Positions 1 through 9,893 of a DNA stretch of 64,000 nt are shown in pieces (position 1 is the stretch's first letter; the number at the start of each line of letters is the position of its first letter). The stretch is from Alphaproteobacteria bacterium (GTDB taxonomy: Bacteria; Pseudomonadota; Alphaproteobacteria; Rs-D84), in NCBI GenBank assembly GCA_017642585.1, contig JAGCOR010000017.1:17937-81936 (forward strand), read 5' to 3'. The notes under the pieces are model-generated. The model was not told where the DNA came from and did no database searches. It saw only the letters and a program-made list of their open reading frames with translations. Both the position numbers and the translations under genes were made by a program.

Positions 1-399
1 TTTCGCCAAAGCGCGATATTTTGCGCCAACTTCCTTCCATGAGGCGGTGATTGGTAAATCAAAAACTTGGAATGCAGATGATATGGCCGAAGCGACAGTT
101 TTCTTGGTCGGCATTTTATCAAATGCAGAACGTCCGTTTATAAAATCGTTCAAGAATTTTACATAGTCTGCTTCGTTTTTATTTGCTTTCTCTTTATCTT
201 TGTCGGCAATTCCAAATGTTTCGCGTTCCCATTCTGCGTCTATTTCATCGGGTGTCATATTGGCATAATAATTCCAATTTTTATTGTATTCGGCAGCATG
301 CTCTTTACAGAACCACCAATATTCTTTTAAATCACGTGTTTTAGGGGCACGGCAAATGCCCGCTTTGGTACAACCAATATGATCGCATTTTTTTATCAT
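1..399 (-). CDS. J-domain (DnaJ-like) protein, 3' end cut by the window edge
   Basis: Absent from the ORF track because it has no stop in the window. The reverse frame from ATG (399..397) stays open for all 133 codons: MIKKCDHIGCTKAGICRAPKTRDLKEYWWFCKEHAAEYNKNW...SAFQVFDLPITASWKEVGAKYRALAK. The N-terminus has a Cys cluster and the last part reads like the start of a J domain. It begins 2 nt after the xerD stop. Confidence 0.55.
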   Translation of the reverse strand, partial: MIKKCDHIGCTKAGICRAPKTRDLKEYWWFCKEHAAEYNKNWNYYANMTPDEIDAEWERETFGIADKDKEKANKNEADYVKFLNDFINGRSAFDKMPTKKTVASAISSAFQVFDLPITASWKEVGAKYRALAK

Positions 400-401
400 C
401 T

Positions 402-1265
402 TTATATGTCCTTGATTTTATTATTTGCCAATGGGTGTGCAGATTCAACTGTATCGCGTAATTTTTCAGGCAATACATGAGTGTAAATTTGTGTTGTTGA
501 AATATCTTCGTGGCCCAACATAGTTTGAATGATTCGCAAATTTGCGCCGTTTGCCAACAGATGTGATGCAAAAGAATGACGCAAAACGTGGGGCGATACG
601 CGCTCTGGTTCTATGCCAGCCAATACAGCACATTTCTTTAAGATTTTGAAAAATCCGTCGCGTGTTATATGACCAGTATTAGAATTTGAAGGGAATACAT
701 ATTTTGAATCTGTATCACCACGTGCCTCTAACCATTTATGTAATGCGTGTTGGGCACCTTCGTGCATGGGAACCAATCTTTCTTTGGCACCTTTGCCATG
801 AATCAATAATTTATCGCCCAGATTTGCAGACATTGGCAATTCACATAATTCTGATACGCGTAAACCCGATGCATACAGCAATTCCAGCATGCAACGCAAA
901 CGCACAGATGTTTTTATATCGCCAGATGAAGATATCAATAATTCTATTTCGTGGGGTGATAAATATTTTGGCAAAGTGCGCATTCTTTTTGGTAATTCTA
1001 AATTTGCTGTTGGATTGGTTTTTATTATTTTTTCCAACATTAAAAATTTATAAAATGAACGCAGACAACTGGCCTTGCGGGCAATAGATGCGGGTTTTTC
1101 TTTTAAATTTGATAGATAATTTTGTATTTGTTCTGGTGATACATTTAATAAATCCCCAATCGAATTTTGCGCCGCATTTAAATCAGATTCATACGCAGCC
1201 AATGTTTTTTGACTGCGTCCTTTCTCTGCGGACAGGGCCTCTAAAAAAATGCCTATGTAATTCAT
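402..1265 (-). CDS. xerD: Tyrosine recombinase XerD (chromosome dimer resolution)
   Basis: 287 aa. N-terminal core-binding region (LSAEKGRSQKTLAAYESDL). Catalytic motifs ASGLRVSEL, HVLRHSFASHLL and LGHEDISTTQIYTHV. Confidence 0.9.
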   Translation of the reverse strand: MNYIGIFLEALSAEKGRSQKTLAAYESDLNAAQNSIGDLLNVSPEQIQNYLSNLKEKPASIARKASCLRSFYKFLMLEKIIKTNPTANLELPKRMRTLPKYLSPHEIELLISSSGDIKTSVRLRCMLELLYASGLRVSELCELPMSANLGDKLLIHGKGAKERLVPMHEGAQHALHKWLEARGDTDSKYVFPSNSNTGHITRDGFFKILKKCAVLAGIEPERVSPHVLRHSFASHLLANGANLRIIQTMLGHEDISTTQIYTHVLPEKLRDTVESAHPLANNKIKDI

Positions 1266-1393
1266 GGGTATAAAACAATTTCCATCATTTCTGGGTTTGG
1301 CGAAAAAGAAAATATCATCAAAAATACCAGCAATATTATAATTGCCCAGATTATATATTTTTTACGATTTTTCTGCTTTTTATATAAAGGCAT
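1262..1393 (-). CDS. Small 43-aa membrane protein (not in ORF track)
   Basis: MPLYKKQKNRKKYIIWAIIILLVFLMIFSFSPNPEMMEIVLYP: a basic N-terminus followed by one hydrophobic helix. AAGGA lies 7-8 nt upstream of the ATG (1393..1391). Its TGA overlaps the xerD ATG as ATGA (1265..1262). Confidence 0.5.
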   Translation of the reverse strand: MPLYKKQKNRKKYIIWAIIILLVFLMIFSFSPNPEMMEIVLYP

Positions 1394-1409
1394 ATTTTGT
1401 TCCTTTATT

Positions 1410-2477
1410 TTATATTGTATCATAACTGGTTATGAACATACATGCCCCAGCAATAATAATAATTTGTGGTGCAACAATAGCCAATATTGGTGGCAATGCC
1501 CCAGTTTTTCCCAATGCGTTAAATAAATTAACCGTAAAATACAAGGCAAAACAAGTCAATATTCCCAAACTGAATTTTAAACCAAAACTGTAATTTCTGC
1601 GCTGTTTTGTTTGGGAAAAGGCGATTCCCAACATAACCATAGCCATCAAAGTTAAAGGTAAAAATAATAGTGTCCAAAATTGAACAAGATGTTCACGCGT
1701 TACAACACCAATAGCATTCATTTTGTGTATAAATTTAGGTAATTTCCAGAAAGATATTTGATCGGGTTGTAAATATCTATCCAACACAGTTTGAGGTGTC
1801 AATTTTGTGTCCAGATGTTTTGCCTCTTTGGTTGTTACACCGTCAGAATTTACAGTTGTTGCATCCGTGGTATCTATACCTGAATCTGATAATGTTGCAA
1901 TATTTGCCGAGATGCGTTCCGTTAATTTGAAATTTATATCTTGGACAAATATGGTTGCGTGTTTAAAATCTATGTTTTTATTTTTTTGAACATGTAATCC
2001 GCTTGCACGAATTGTTAAATACCCATTGTCAGATGTTTCACGTATCCAAATGGCTTCATCTATCAATTTTAACTGATGTCCTGTTAAATTGCGGGTTGTT
2101 AAATTTACAGAATAAGGGTTAACAACCAATGCGGTAAATATTCCAACTATGCATGCGCCAAATAAAAATGGTCTGGCAATTTGATAGGGGGATAAACCAC
2201 CACCCGCTATAATTATCAATTCCGATGATTTTGTTAAATTATAGAAAGCGACCAATGTTCCCATAAACACAGCCAAAGGCAAAAACAGGGGGACATATTC
2301 CAATAATCTGACCCAGGTATCAAACAAAGTAGATAATGTATCCGGGTTAGACGACAGGCGTTCCACAAAAGTAACCGCAAATATAACCCCGCATACCGTT
2401 AACATCACCAGAAAAAAGCTGGCAAAGAAACGATAAAGTAAAAATTTCGTCAAAACAGACGGTTTCAATCTATACAT
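1410..2477 (-). CDS. LPS export ABC permease, LptF/LptG (YjgP/YjgQ) family
   Basis: About 355 aa with a 3+3 TM layout around a periplasmic beta-rich insert (IWIRETSDNGYLTIRASGLHV), typical of LptF/G. The start is ambiguous: M at 2507 or 2477. Confidence 0.8.
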   Translation of the reverse strand: MYRLKPSVLTKFLLYRFFASFFLVMLTVCGVIFAVTFVERLSSNPDTLSTLFDTWVRLLEYVPLFLPLAVFMGTLVAFYNLTKSSELIIIAGGGLSPYQIARPFLFGACIVGIFTALVVNPYSVNLTTRNLTGHQLKLIDEAIWIRETSDNGYLTIRASGLHVQKNKNIDFKHATIFVQDINFKLTERISANIATLSDSGIDTTDATTVNSDGVTTKEAKHLDTKLTPQTVLDRYLQPDQISFWKLPKFIHKMNAIGVVTREHLVQFWTLLFLPLTLMAMVMLGIAFSQTKQRRNYSFGLKFSLGILTCFALYFTVNLFNALGKTGALPPILAIVAPQIIIIAGACMFITSYDTI

Positions 2478-2562
2478 AATATATATAGTATAATAGTTTG
2501 AAATCATAATTGCAAAATTAAAATTTATGTTATATCTTTAGTATAAAAATTAAGGATTATTC

Positions 2563-3033
2563 ATGGAAAAGAAACCAATATCACGACAAGGATTTGATAA
2601 TCTGTTGAAAGAATTGAAAGATTTAAAGGAAAATCAAAGACCTGAAATATTAAAAGTTGTCCAATGGGCACGTTCTTTGGGCGATTTGTCTGAAAATGCT
2701 GATTACAGTGCAGCCAAAGAAAAACAAAGACAAATTGATAAACGTATTCAAATGTTGGAAAGCATTGTTGAAAGTGCCCAGATTATAGATGTTGACAGTT
2801 TATCTGGGGACAAGGTTGTTTTTGGGGCCAAAGTTATCACCGAAGATGATGACGGTAATAAAATGGAATGTCGTATTTTATCAGATGTAGAATCTGATGG
2901 GAAAATGATTATATCTTGTACTTCGCCGGTTGGGCGTGCGTTAATTGGCCATTGTGTTGGAGATACTTGTGTGGTTAAATTGCCAAGCGGTGAAAAAGAA
3001 CTTGAAATATTGGATGTAAAATTCAAGGAATAA
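2563..3033 (+). CDS. greA: Transcription elongation factor GreA
   Basis: 156 aa. Contains the motif GDLSENADYSAAKEKQ and a C-terminal FKBP-like domain. Confidence 0.93.
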   Translation: MEKKPISRQGFDNLLKELKDLKENQRPEILKVVQWARSLGDLSENADYSAAKEKQRQIDKRIQMLESIVESAQIIDVDSLSGDKVVFGAKVITEDDDGNKMECRILSDVESDGKMIISCTSPVGRALIGHCVGDTCVVKLPSGEKELEILDVKFKE

Positions 3034-3034
3034 T

Positions 3035-4771
3035 ATGCCTATACGTGTTTTGCCTGATTTTTTAATAAATCAAATTGCTGCGGGTGAAGTGGTTGAAAAC
3101 CCTGCCAGTGTTGTTAAAGAATTGGTAGAAAATGCGTTGGATGCAGGTGCAGATGAAATCGTCATAGATGTTGTTGACGGTGGTCGCACAATGATTTCTG
3201 TTATTGATAATGGTGGTGGTATGGGTAAAGACGATTTGGCAAATTGCATATTGCGACATGCCACATCTAAGTTACCAAATGATGATTTATTGAATATAAA
3301 TTATATGGGTTTCCGCGGGGAAGCATTACCATCAATTGCATCTGTTTCTGATATGTGTATTGATACATGTAATGGTGCGGATTCAAATGGTTGGCACCTT
3401 AATGCCAGGTCAGGCGAAATTCGCCCATCAGATTGGGAAACAGGAACACGAATCAGGGTTGAAAATTTATTTGCAAATACCCCCGCCAGATTGAAATTTT
3501 TACGCAGTGACAAAGCGGAAATGTTGTCTGTACTGGAAACTGTTAAAAGATTGGCAATGGGGCGTTGTGATGTTGGTTTTGTTCTTAATAACAAATGGCG
3601 TTTTCCAAAAAATCAGGATTTAATTGAACGCATAATTGCCGTTATGGGTGAAGATGTTCGTGACCAAATGTTAAAGGTTGATGAAAATTCATCTTCTGCC
3701 CAGATGCATTTGCATGGATATATATCAAATCCAACTTTGCGACGTGCGTCTTCCGTGGATCAATATTTATTTGTAAATGGTCGTCCTGTTAAAGACAAAG
3801 TTTTGGTTTCTGCATTACGCGCAGCATATATGGATGTTATGCATGCACGTGAATTTCCGCTGTGTGCATTGTATTTAGATTTGCCGTCAAAACATGTTGA
3901 TGTAAATGTTTCGCCCGCCAAGACAGAGGTGCATTTCTTGGAACCACAACACGTGCGTGCGTTCATTATTAAAACTTTACGTGAAGTATTGTCTACGACA
4001 TTAAATCAAAGTGTTATTGTAAATGACGGTGAAATGAATTTTAATGTACCGCGCGTTCAAAGTGTTCAAACTTATTTTAACACGCATAGTGTTCACAATG
4101 ATAAACCGGCATTTAATTTTGTGGCGCAACCAAACAGTTCGCATTTACAAAATGTTGATATAAAACCCGCGGAATCAAATATTGTAAATACGGAATCTGA
4201 TTTTGATTTGCCTTTGGGACGCGTGATAGGGCAATTAAATAACAAATATATATTGGCTGAAAACAAAGATGGTTTTGTCATAATTGACCAACATGCCGCG
4301 CATGAACGTATTACATATGAAAAATTAAGAACCCACAGTATTAAAACACAACCACTGTTAACACCAATAGTTGTTAATTTAAAAAGTGAAGATGTGGCAT
4401 CTGTATTGACCATAGCTGACGAATTAAAACAATGTGGGTTGCAAATTGATTCTTTTGGTGATGATGCAGTTGCGATATTTGAAAAACCTGCCGATTGGGA
4501 TTTGAATTGGGCAATTTGTTTGCACGAAATTGCAGATGAAGTCCGTGCATATGGCCATTCATCCCGGTTGCAAGAAAAATTGCATCTTAAATTGGCAAAT
4601 TATGCCTGTCATCATTCTGTCAGGGCGGGGCAAAAGTTGAATTTTGACCAGATGAACGCGTTGTTGCGGGATATAGAAAGGACAGAACATGGGGGAGAAT
4701 GTAACCATGGGCGACCTGTTTATAAAATCATTCCAATATCTGAATTAGATTCAATGTTTGAACGAATATAA
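3035..4771 (+). CDS. mutL: DNA mismatch repair protein MutL
   Basis: 578 aa. GHKL ATPase N-terminus (IAAGEVVENPASVVKELVENALDAG, DNGGGM). C-terminal dimerisation domain with DQHAAHERI. Confidence 0.93.
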   Translation: MPIRVLPDFLINQIAAGEVVENPASVVKELVENALDAGADEIVIDVVDGGRTMISVIDNGGGMGKDDLANCILRHATSKLPNDDLLNINYMGFRGEALPSIASVSDMCIDTCNGADSNGWHLNARSGEIRPSDWETGTRIRVENLFANTPARLKFLRSDKAEMLSVLETVKRLAMGRCDVGFVLNNKWRFPKNQDLIERIIAVMGEDVRDQMLKVDENSSSAQMHLHGYISNPTLRRASSVDQYLFVNGRPVKDKVLVSALRAAYMDVMHAREFPLCALYLDLPSKHVDVNVSPAKTEVHFLEPQHVRAFIIKTLREVLSTTLNQSVIVNDGEMNFNVPRVQSVQTYFNTHSVHNDKPAFNFVAQPNSSHLQNVDIKPAESNIVNTESDFDLPLGRVIGQLNNKYILAENKDGFVIIDQHAAHERITYEKLRTHSIKTQPLLTPIVVNLKSEDVASVLTIADELKQCGLQIDSFGDDAVAIFEKPADWDLNWAICLHEIADEVRAYGHSSRLQEKLHLKLANYACHHSVRAGQKLNFDQMNALLRDIERTEHGGECNHGRPVYKIIPISELDSMFERI

Positions 4772-4841
4772 AAACTGGTTTTTTGCTTTACATAATTGCT
4801 TTTTTTTACTACGGTTGGTGTATAAACAAAGGAGAATATTC

Positions 4842-5156
4842 ATGAATCAGACCGCTGAAGTCGCAAAAGATGTTGTTCAAAATACTGCGATACCTGTTCA
4901 GCAAGATGGCACAACAATTACTTTGATTTATTGTGTGTTGTTGATTGGTATTTTATATTTCTTTATAATGCGTCCAAATAAAAAACGCATGATGGAATAT
5001 CAAAAAATGCTTGATTCTATCAAGGTTGGCAGTCGTGTTATGGCTGCTGGAATTTACGGGACAGTAAAGAAAGTTAATGAAAAAACATTAGATGTTGAAA
5101 TTGCAAAAGGTGTTGTTATCGAAGTTAATAAACACGCCGTTGCAAGTGTTGAATAA
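4842..5156 (+). CDS. yajC: Preprotein translocase subunit YajC
   Basis: One TM followed by MRPNKKRMMEYQKMLDSIKVGSRV..GIYGTV. AAAGGAG lies upstream of the ATG at 4842. The upstream part of the track ORF (from 4758) overlaps mutL and is not used. Confidence 0.85.
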   Translation: MNQTAEVAKDVVQNTAIPVQQDGTTITLIYCVLLIGILYFFIMRPNKKRMMEYQKMLDSIKVGSRVMAAGIYGTVKKVNEKTLDVEIAKGVVIEVNKHAVASVE

Positions 5157-5173
5157 TTACAGGGGTGGTGTAA

Positions 5174-6733
5174 ATGTTAAAGAAAATAGCCATAATTTGT
5201 ATTGCTTTGTTTGGTATGTTATTGGCAGTGCCAACTTTGGTTCCGTCATCTGCTAAATATTTTCCATCTTGGATAAAACCAATTCCATTGGGATTGGATT
5301 TGAAGGGTGGTGCTCAACTGTTATTAGAGGTTGACACATCTGTTATGATGAAGGAAAAAAATGCCCAATTATATGACGAAGTCCGTAGCGCTATGATTGA
5401 CAGGGATAAAGGTGTTATCCGTTTCTCTGATTTGCGTAATACGGGAAATGAAATCAATATCACTATACGTGAAGACAACATGGTTTCCAAAGCCAAGGGT
5501 CGTTTAAGAAGTGTTTTGGGAAATAATGTAGATATTACGTCCAGCGGTAAAACTTTGACTATATCTTATACTGCCAAGGCACGCGATGAAATGATAAGTG
5601 ATGCAATGTCACGCAGTATAGAAATTGTTCGTCGTCGTATTGATGCGTTGGGAACAAAAGAACCATCTATTCAATCCCAGGGTGGTAAATACATTTTGGT
5701 TCAATTACCGGGTGTAGATAATCCTGAACATATTAAAGAATTGATTGGTCAAACTGCAAAAATGACTTTCCATTTGGTAAATGAAAATATTACCAATGAA
5801 CAATTGGCATCTAATCATGCACCTTCTGGAACTCAATTTTTGCCGTATATGGACAACCCATCACAAATTGTGCCTGTGTATTCCCGCGTGGAAGTTTCTG
5901 GGGATAGTTTGAAAAATTCAGAGGCATCTTTTGATCAAAATAATATGCCTGTGGTGACAACTGAATTTGATTCTTCGGGGGCCAGACGTTTTGCTAAATT
6001 AACCACAGAACACGTGAACGAACGTTTCGCAATTGTGTTGGATGGTAAGGTTTTATCTGCCCCAACAATTCGTGAACCAATTCCAGGTGGCCGTGGTCAA
6101 ATTTCCGGTGGATTCACTTTGCAGGGCGCAAAAGATTTAGCTGTGTTGTTGCGTTCTGGTGCTTTGCCGGCGCCATTGACTGTTATCGAAGAAAGAACAG
6201 TTGGTGCGGGGTTGGGGGCCGATACAATCGCGACAGGTAAGGTTGGATCTGTGGTCGGTGTGATATTCATTTTGGTATACATGTTGTTGTTGTATGGATT
6301 GTTTGGTTTAATTGCAGACGTTGTTTTAATCGTCAATTTGATGATGATTGTTGGTGTGTCTGCTTTGTTCGGCGCAACATTAACATTGCCAGGTATTGCC
6401 GGTATCGTGTTGACTTTGGGTATGGCGGTTGACGCGAATATTTTGCCGTTTGAAAGAATCAGGGATGAGGTTAAATCTGGTGCGCCAACTTTGCGTGCTG
6501 TTGATTATGGTTTTAATCGTTCTACGAAAACGGTGTTGGACGGTGAATTAACTAATTTGATTTGCGGTCTTATTTTGTTCCAATTTGGTGCCGGTCCAAT
6601 TCGTGGATTTGCAGTTACTTTATCAATCGGTGTTATGACAACATTGTTTACTTGTTTGTTGTTGTCCAAAGTATTTATCGATTGGTATATGGACGGTAAA
6701 AGCAAAAAAATTGGTTATATAAGAAATAAATAA
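5174..6733 (+). CDS. secD: Protein translocase subunit SecD
   Basis: 519 aa. Large periplasmic domain plus a C-terminal 5-TM block (GIAGIVLTLGMAVDANILPFERIRDE). Confidence 0.93.
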   Translation: MLKKIAIICIALFGMLLAVPTLVPSSAKYFPSWIKPIPLGLDLKGGAQLLLEVDTSVMMKEKNAQLYDEVRSAMIDRDKGVIRFSDLRNTGNEINITIREDNMVSKAKGRLRSVLGNNVDITSSGKTLTISYTAKARDEMISDAMSRSIEIVRRRIDALGTKEPSIQSQGGKYILVQLPGVDNPEHIKELIGQTAKMTFHLVNENITNEQLASNHAPSGTQFLPYMDNPSQIVPVYSRVEVSGDSLKNSEASFDQNNMPVVTTEFDSSGARRFAKLTTEHVNERFAIVLDGKVLSAPTIREPIPGGRGQISGGFTLQGAKDLAVLLRSGALPAPLTVIEERTVGAGLGADTIATGKVGSVVGVIFILVYMLLLYGLFGLIADVVLIVNLMMIVGVSALFGATLTLPGIAGIVLTLGMAVDANILPFERIRDEVKSGAPTLRAVDYGFNRSTKTVLDGELTNLICGLILFQFGAGPIRGFAVTLSIGVMTTLFTCLLLSKVFIDWYMDGKSKKIGYIRNK

Positions 6734-6756
6734 GAAAGTGCAAAAAGGAGTTAGTT

Positions 6757-7620
6757 ATGAAATTGCATTTTATGAAATATCGCAAATTGTCTTACTGGGT
6801 TTCCGGAATTTGCATTTTATTATCTATATTATCTATAATCTTCAAAGGTTTTAATTATGGTATAGATTTCTCTGGTGGTATTTCTATGGAAATTACACCT
6901 GTGGCTGCAGATTATACAATCGATAAGATGCGTCATGATTTGGAAAAATTTAAACCTGAATTACAGGCCGTTGATAACAAAGCTATTTTGTTGCGCGTTG
7001 GTTTGCCAAAAGGTTCAACTGATGACCAATTAAATACTCGTGTTGCAGAAATTAAAAACATCTTGGGTGACCGTGTTGAATATTCCCAGGTTCAAGTAGT
7101 AGGACCAAAAATCGGTGGTGAATTAATACGCGGTGGTGTGTTGGCGATATTGGTATCATTTATATTGATGTCAGTGTATATCTGGATAAGATATCGCGGT
7201 GGGTATGCCGTTGGATCTTTTGTATCTTTGGTATTAGATTTGATATTGATGTTTGGATTCTTTTCTATTATGGGATTGGAATTCAACCAAACCGCAATCG
7301 CAGTTATTTTGATGGGTGTTGGTTATTCTGTTAATGATAAAGTGGTTAATTATGACAGAATTGATGAAAACATTAAAAAGTATCACAAAATGCCAATGAA
7401 TGATTTGATTGATTTGTCTGTGAACGAAATGTTGTACAGAACAATTTCAACCAGTGTTTCTACGATTTTAGCTATGGTTGGTATATATGTATTTGGGGGA
7501 CAAATGTTGCAAGAATTTGCAATCGCAATGACTTTCTCTATCATCTGCGGAACATTGACCAGTATATATGTATCTAACGTTATTTTGTATCACTTTAATT
7601 TAAGAGAAACAGAATATTAA
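6757..7620 (+). CDS. secF: Protein translocase subunit SecF
   Basis: 287 aa. Contains GIDFSGGISMEI and a 6-TM pattern. It directly follows secD. Confidence 0.92.
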   Translation: MKLHFMKYRKLSYWVSGICILLSILSIIFKGFNYGIDFSGGISMEITPVAADYTIDKMRHDLEKFKPELQAVDNKAILLRVGLPKGSTDDQLNTRVAEIKNILGDRVEYSQVQVVGPKIGGELIRGGVLAILVSFILMSVYIWIRYRGGYAVGSFVSLVLDLILMFGFFSIMGLEFNQTAIAVILMGVGYSVNDKVVNYDRIDENIKKYHKMPMNDLIDLSVNEMLYRTISTSVSTILAMVGIYVFGGQMLQEFAIAMTFSIICGTLTSIYVSNVILYHFNLRETEY

Positions 7621-7659
7621 TTCATATAAAACAACGAAAGGAACAAAGGAGAGGACACC

Positions 7660-9168
7660 ATGCAAATAATAAAAATCTTTTTATGTTTAGGGTTGGTGTT
7701 CTTTACTTGTTCTGGACATGCTGACGATTTGTTTGCCGAAGAACCCAAAGTTCAACAAAACATAAATGTCAATGAAGTTTCAGAAGTTTTTGCCGATATT
7801 TATGAAAAATTGGACAGTGTTAATTGGGCTGGTAAAAACATAGAAGTTGCAATTGAAAGTTTGGAAAAATTAAATCCAAAGGCACATATTGCAGCAACTG
7901 GTGAACGTGTTGTGTTGGTCTGGGGTGATAAATTGATTGCTAATTTCCCATATCCTAAACCTAAAGATTGGAAAGAATACGGACAGATAACAACTAAATT
8001 GATATTGAATATGCGTGAACAAGATGAAAATCTGCGCGCGTTGAAAGATGTAAGATTATATCAAGTTGTTGTTAATGCTTTGTTATCTGGAATTGATGAA
8101 AACGGCACCTATGTTCATAATGATTTTATGAAAACAGGCATAGATCCAAAAATGTTAACCAGTTTAGGTTTTGATGGTGGTCGCGATGAACGTGGTAATT
8201 TCAGAATCACAGGCGTATTTAAAAATTCACCTGCGGATATGTCTGGTATGAATGAAGGCGATATTATATCTGAAATAAATGGAAAACGCGTCAGTGAAAT
8301 GAAGGACAGAGATTTATCCGCTGTATTGGCGGGATATAATTCTGGCACTGTGAAGGTTAAATTGTTAACCCCATTTGGAAATAAAAATATTACTTTGCGT
8401 CGTGCAACAATTGTTTCAGCAGATGCAGATATCGTTTATCGTGCTGGCAAAGATGAATCTGAATCTTTGTTGGAAATCATAATTCATGAAATAACTGATG
8501 GCGCTGTAAATATTGTTAATGAAGCATTGGCAAAATATAAAGATATCAATGGTATTATTTTGGATTTACGTGCCGGCGGTGGTAATGATGAAAGGGCGGC
8601 TGCTAAATTGGCGGGATTGTTTTTGGGACAAAATCCTGTGATGATTATTTCTGAAACTGCGGTCGATGAATTGGAAGTTGTCCCGGGTGGTGATGCAGTA
8701 ACAGATGTTCCTGTGGTTGTGTTGATGTCTGATTCTACGCATGGTACAGCGGAAGCAATCGCCAGTGCTTTTTATGAAAACAAACGTGGGTTATTGGTTG
8801 GAACACCAACCGCTGGTAAATCCAGAATCGCCAGTCGCATAGAATTAAAAAATGGTGCGGTGTTGGAATTATTTAATAAATCTATTAAGACAGGTTCCGG
8901 TAATGTATTGGACGGTCGCGGAATGTTTCCTTTGATTTGTTTATCTAATATCCGTAATACATCTGAACGCGAAGCATTTTTCTTGAATGTAATAAATGAT
9001 GATTTTAATGCACATGATTATAACAAGGATAAAAAAGCGAATGTTAAATCTTTGCGCAAGGCATGTCCTGTTATTACATCTGGAACAGATGAAGATGCTG
9101 TGGCCAGTGCGGTCAGTGCAGAGATATTAACTAATAAAAAAATATATTCAAGATTGATGGATTTATAA
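7660..9168 (+). CDS. S41-family C-terminal processing peptidase-like protein with a PDZ domain
   Basis: Signal peptide. PDZ-like segment GVFKNSPADMSGMNEGDIISEINGKRV. S41-like catalytic segments LMSDSTHGTAEAIASAF and GTPTAGKS. Confidence 0.7.
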   Translation: MQIIKIFLCLGLVFFTCSGHADDLFAEEPKVQQNINVNEVSEVFADIYEKLDSVNWAGKNIEVAIESLEKLNPKAHIAATGERVVLVWGDKLIANFPYPKPKDWKEYGQITTKLILNMREQDENLRALKDVRLYQVVVNALLSGIDENGTYVHNDFMKTGIDPKMLTSLGFDGGRDERGNFRITGVFKNSPADMSGMNEGDIISEINGKRVSEMKDRDLSAVLAGYNSGTVKVKLLTPFGNKNITLRRATIVSADADIVYRAGKDESESLLEIIIHEITDGAVNIVNEALAKYKDINGIILDLRAGGGNDERAAAKLAGLFLGQNPVMIISETAVDELEVVPGGDAVTDVPVVVLMSDSTHGTAEAIASAFYENKRGLLVGTPTAGKSRIASRIELKNGAVLELFNKSIKTGSGNVLDGRGMFPLICLSNIRNTSEREAFFLNVINDDFNAHDYNKDKKANVKSLRKACPVITSGTDEDAVASAVSAEILTNKKIYSRLMDL

Positions 9169-9169
9169 A

Positions 9170-9853
9170 ATGTTTATAAGAAAAGATAATTCTTTGAAAT
9201 GGAATTGGATTTTAATTGGTGCGTTAATTACATTGGCATGTGTGATTGCTGGATTGTGTGGGTTGGATAAAATATTGTATACGGCTATACACAGACCAGA
9301 TTGTAATATGTGGACCATCAGTGGCAGTTTTTTATGTTCATTTTTTCTGTTGTTGGGAAAAATATTTTCGGTAAAAATGTGGATGCTGGTATCTGGAATT
9401 GGGGTATTGTTTTTCTTTATATATAAAGCAATCAAAAACGAATATGATTTCAGATATGCTTTTGTAAAAATAAAAAGCAGTTATATTTTTTATGTTTTTT
9501 GTTCTGTGTGGTCTGCATTTTTAATAACAGGTATATTGAAATTATTAATAGGACGTTCCAGACCTGTGTTGTTTGATGCATTGGGTAATACTTATTTTGA
9601 ACCATGGGTGTTAGATCCTGTATTTAATTCTATGCCTTCTGGACATTCAGCGGTCAGTTTTGCAGGTTTGGTTATGTTGGGAATGTTATTTCCACGTGTT
9701 AAATGGGCAACATGGACATTGGCGATACTGATTGGATGTTCACGCATTTATGTTGGTGCGCATTGGCCATCAGATGTAATTTTGGGTGCTTTTATCGGTA
9801 TGGTTTGTGCGGATATAGCAAAATCTGTTTTAAAGAAATTAAATCGCAAATAG
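9170..9853 (+). CDS. PAP2-family membrane phosphatase
   Basis: Polytopic membrane protein carrying the three PAP2 motifs (KLLIGRSRP, PSGHS, SRIYVGAHWPSDV). Confidence 0.85.
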   Translation: MFIRKDNSLKWNWILIGALITLACVIAGLCGLDKILYTAIHRPDCNMWTISGSFLCSFFLLLGKIFSVKMWMLVSGIGVLFFFIYKAIKNEYDFRYAFVKIKSSYIFYVFCSVWSAFLITGILKLLIGRSRPVLFDALGNTYFEPWVLDPVFNSMPSGHSAVSFAGLVMLGMLFPRVKWATWTLAILIGCSRIYVGAHWPSDVILGAFIGMVCADIAKSVLKKLNRK

Positions 9854-9893
9854 GATTTTGCACTTTCGCAGTTTTTATGATAAAATAGCGGAC

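Noticed and set aside
402-1265. The tyrosine recombinase as a possible marker of an integrated mobile element.
   Set aside because: Its full-length XerD-type architecture and housekeeping neighbours (an Lpt permease and a J-domain protein) argue for the chromosomal dimer-resolution recombinase. No flanking repeats or cargo genes are present.
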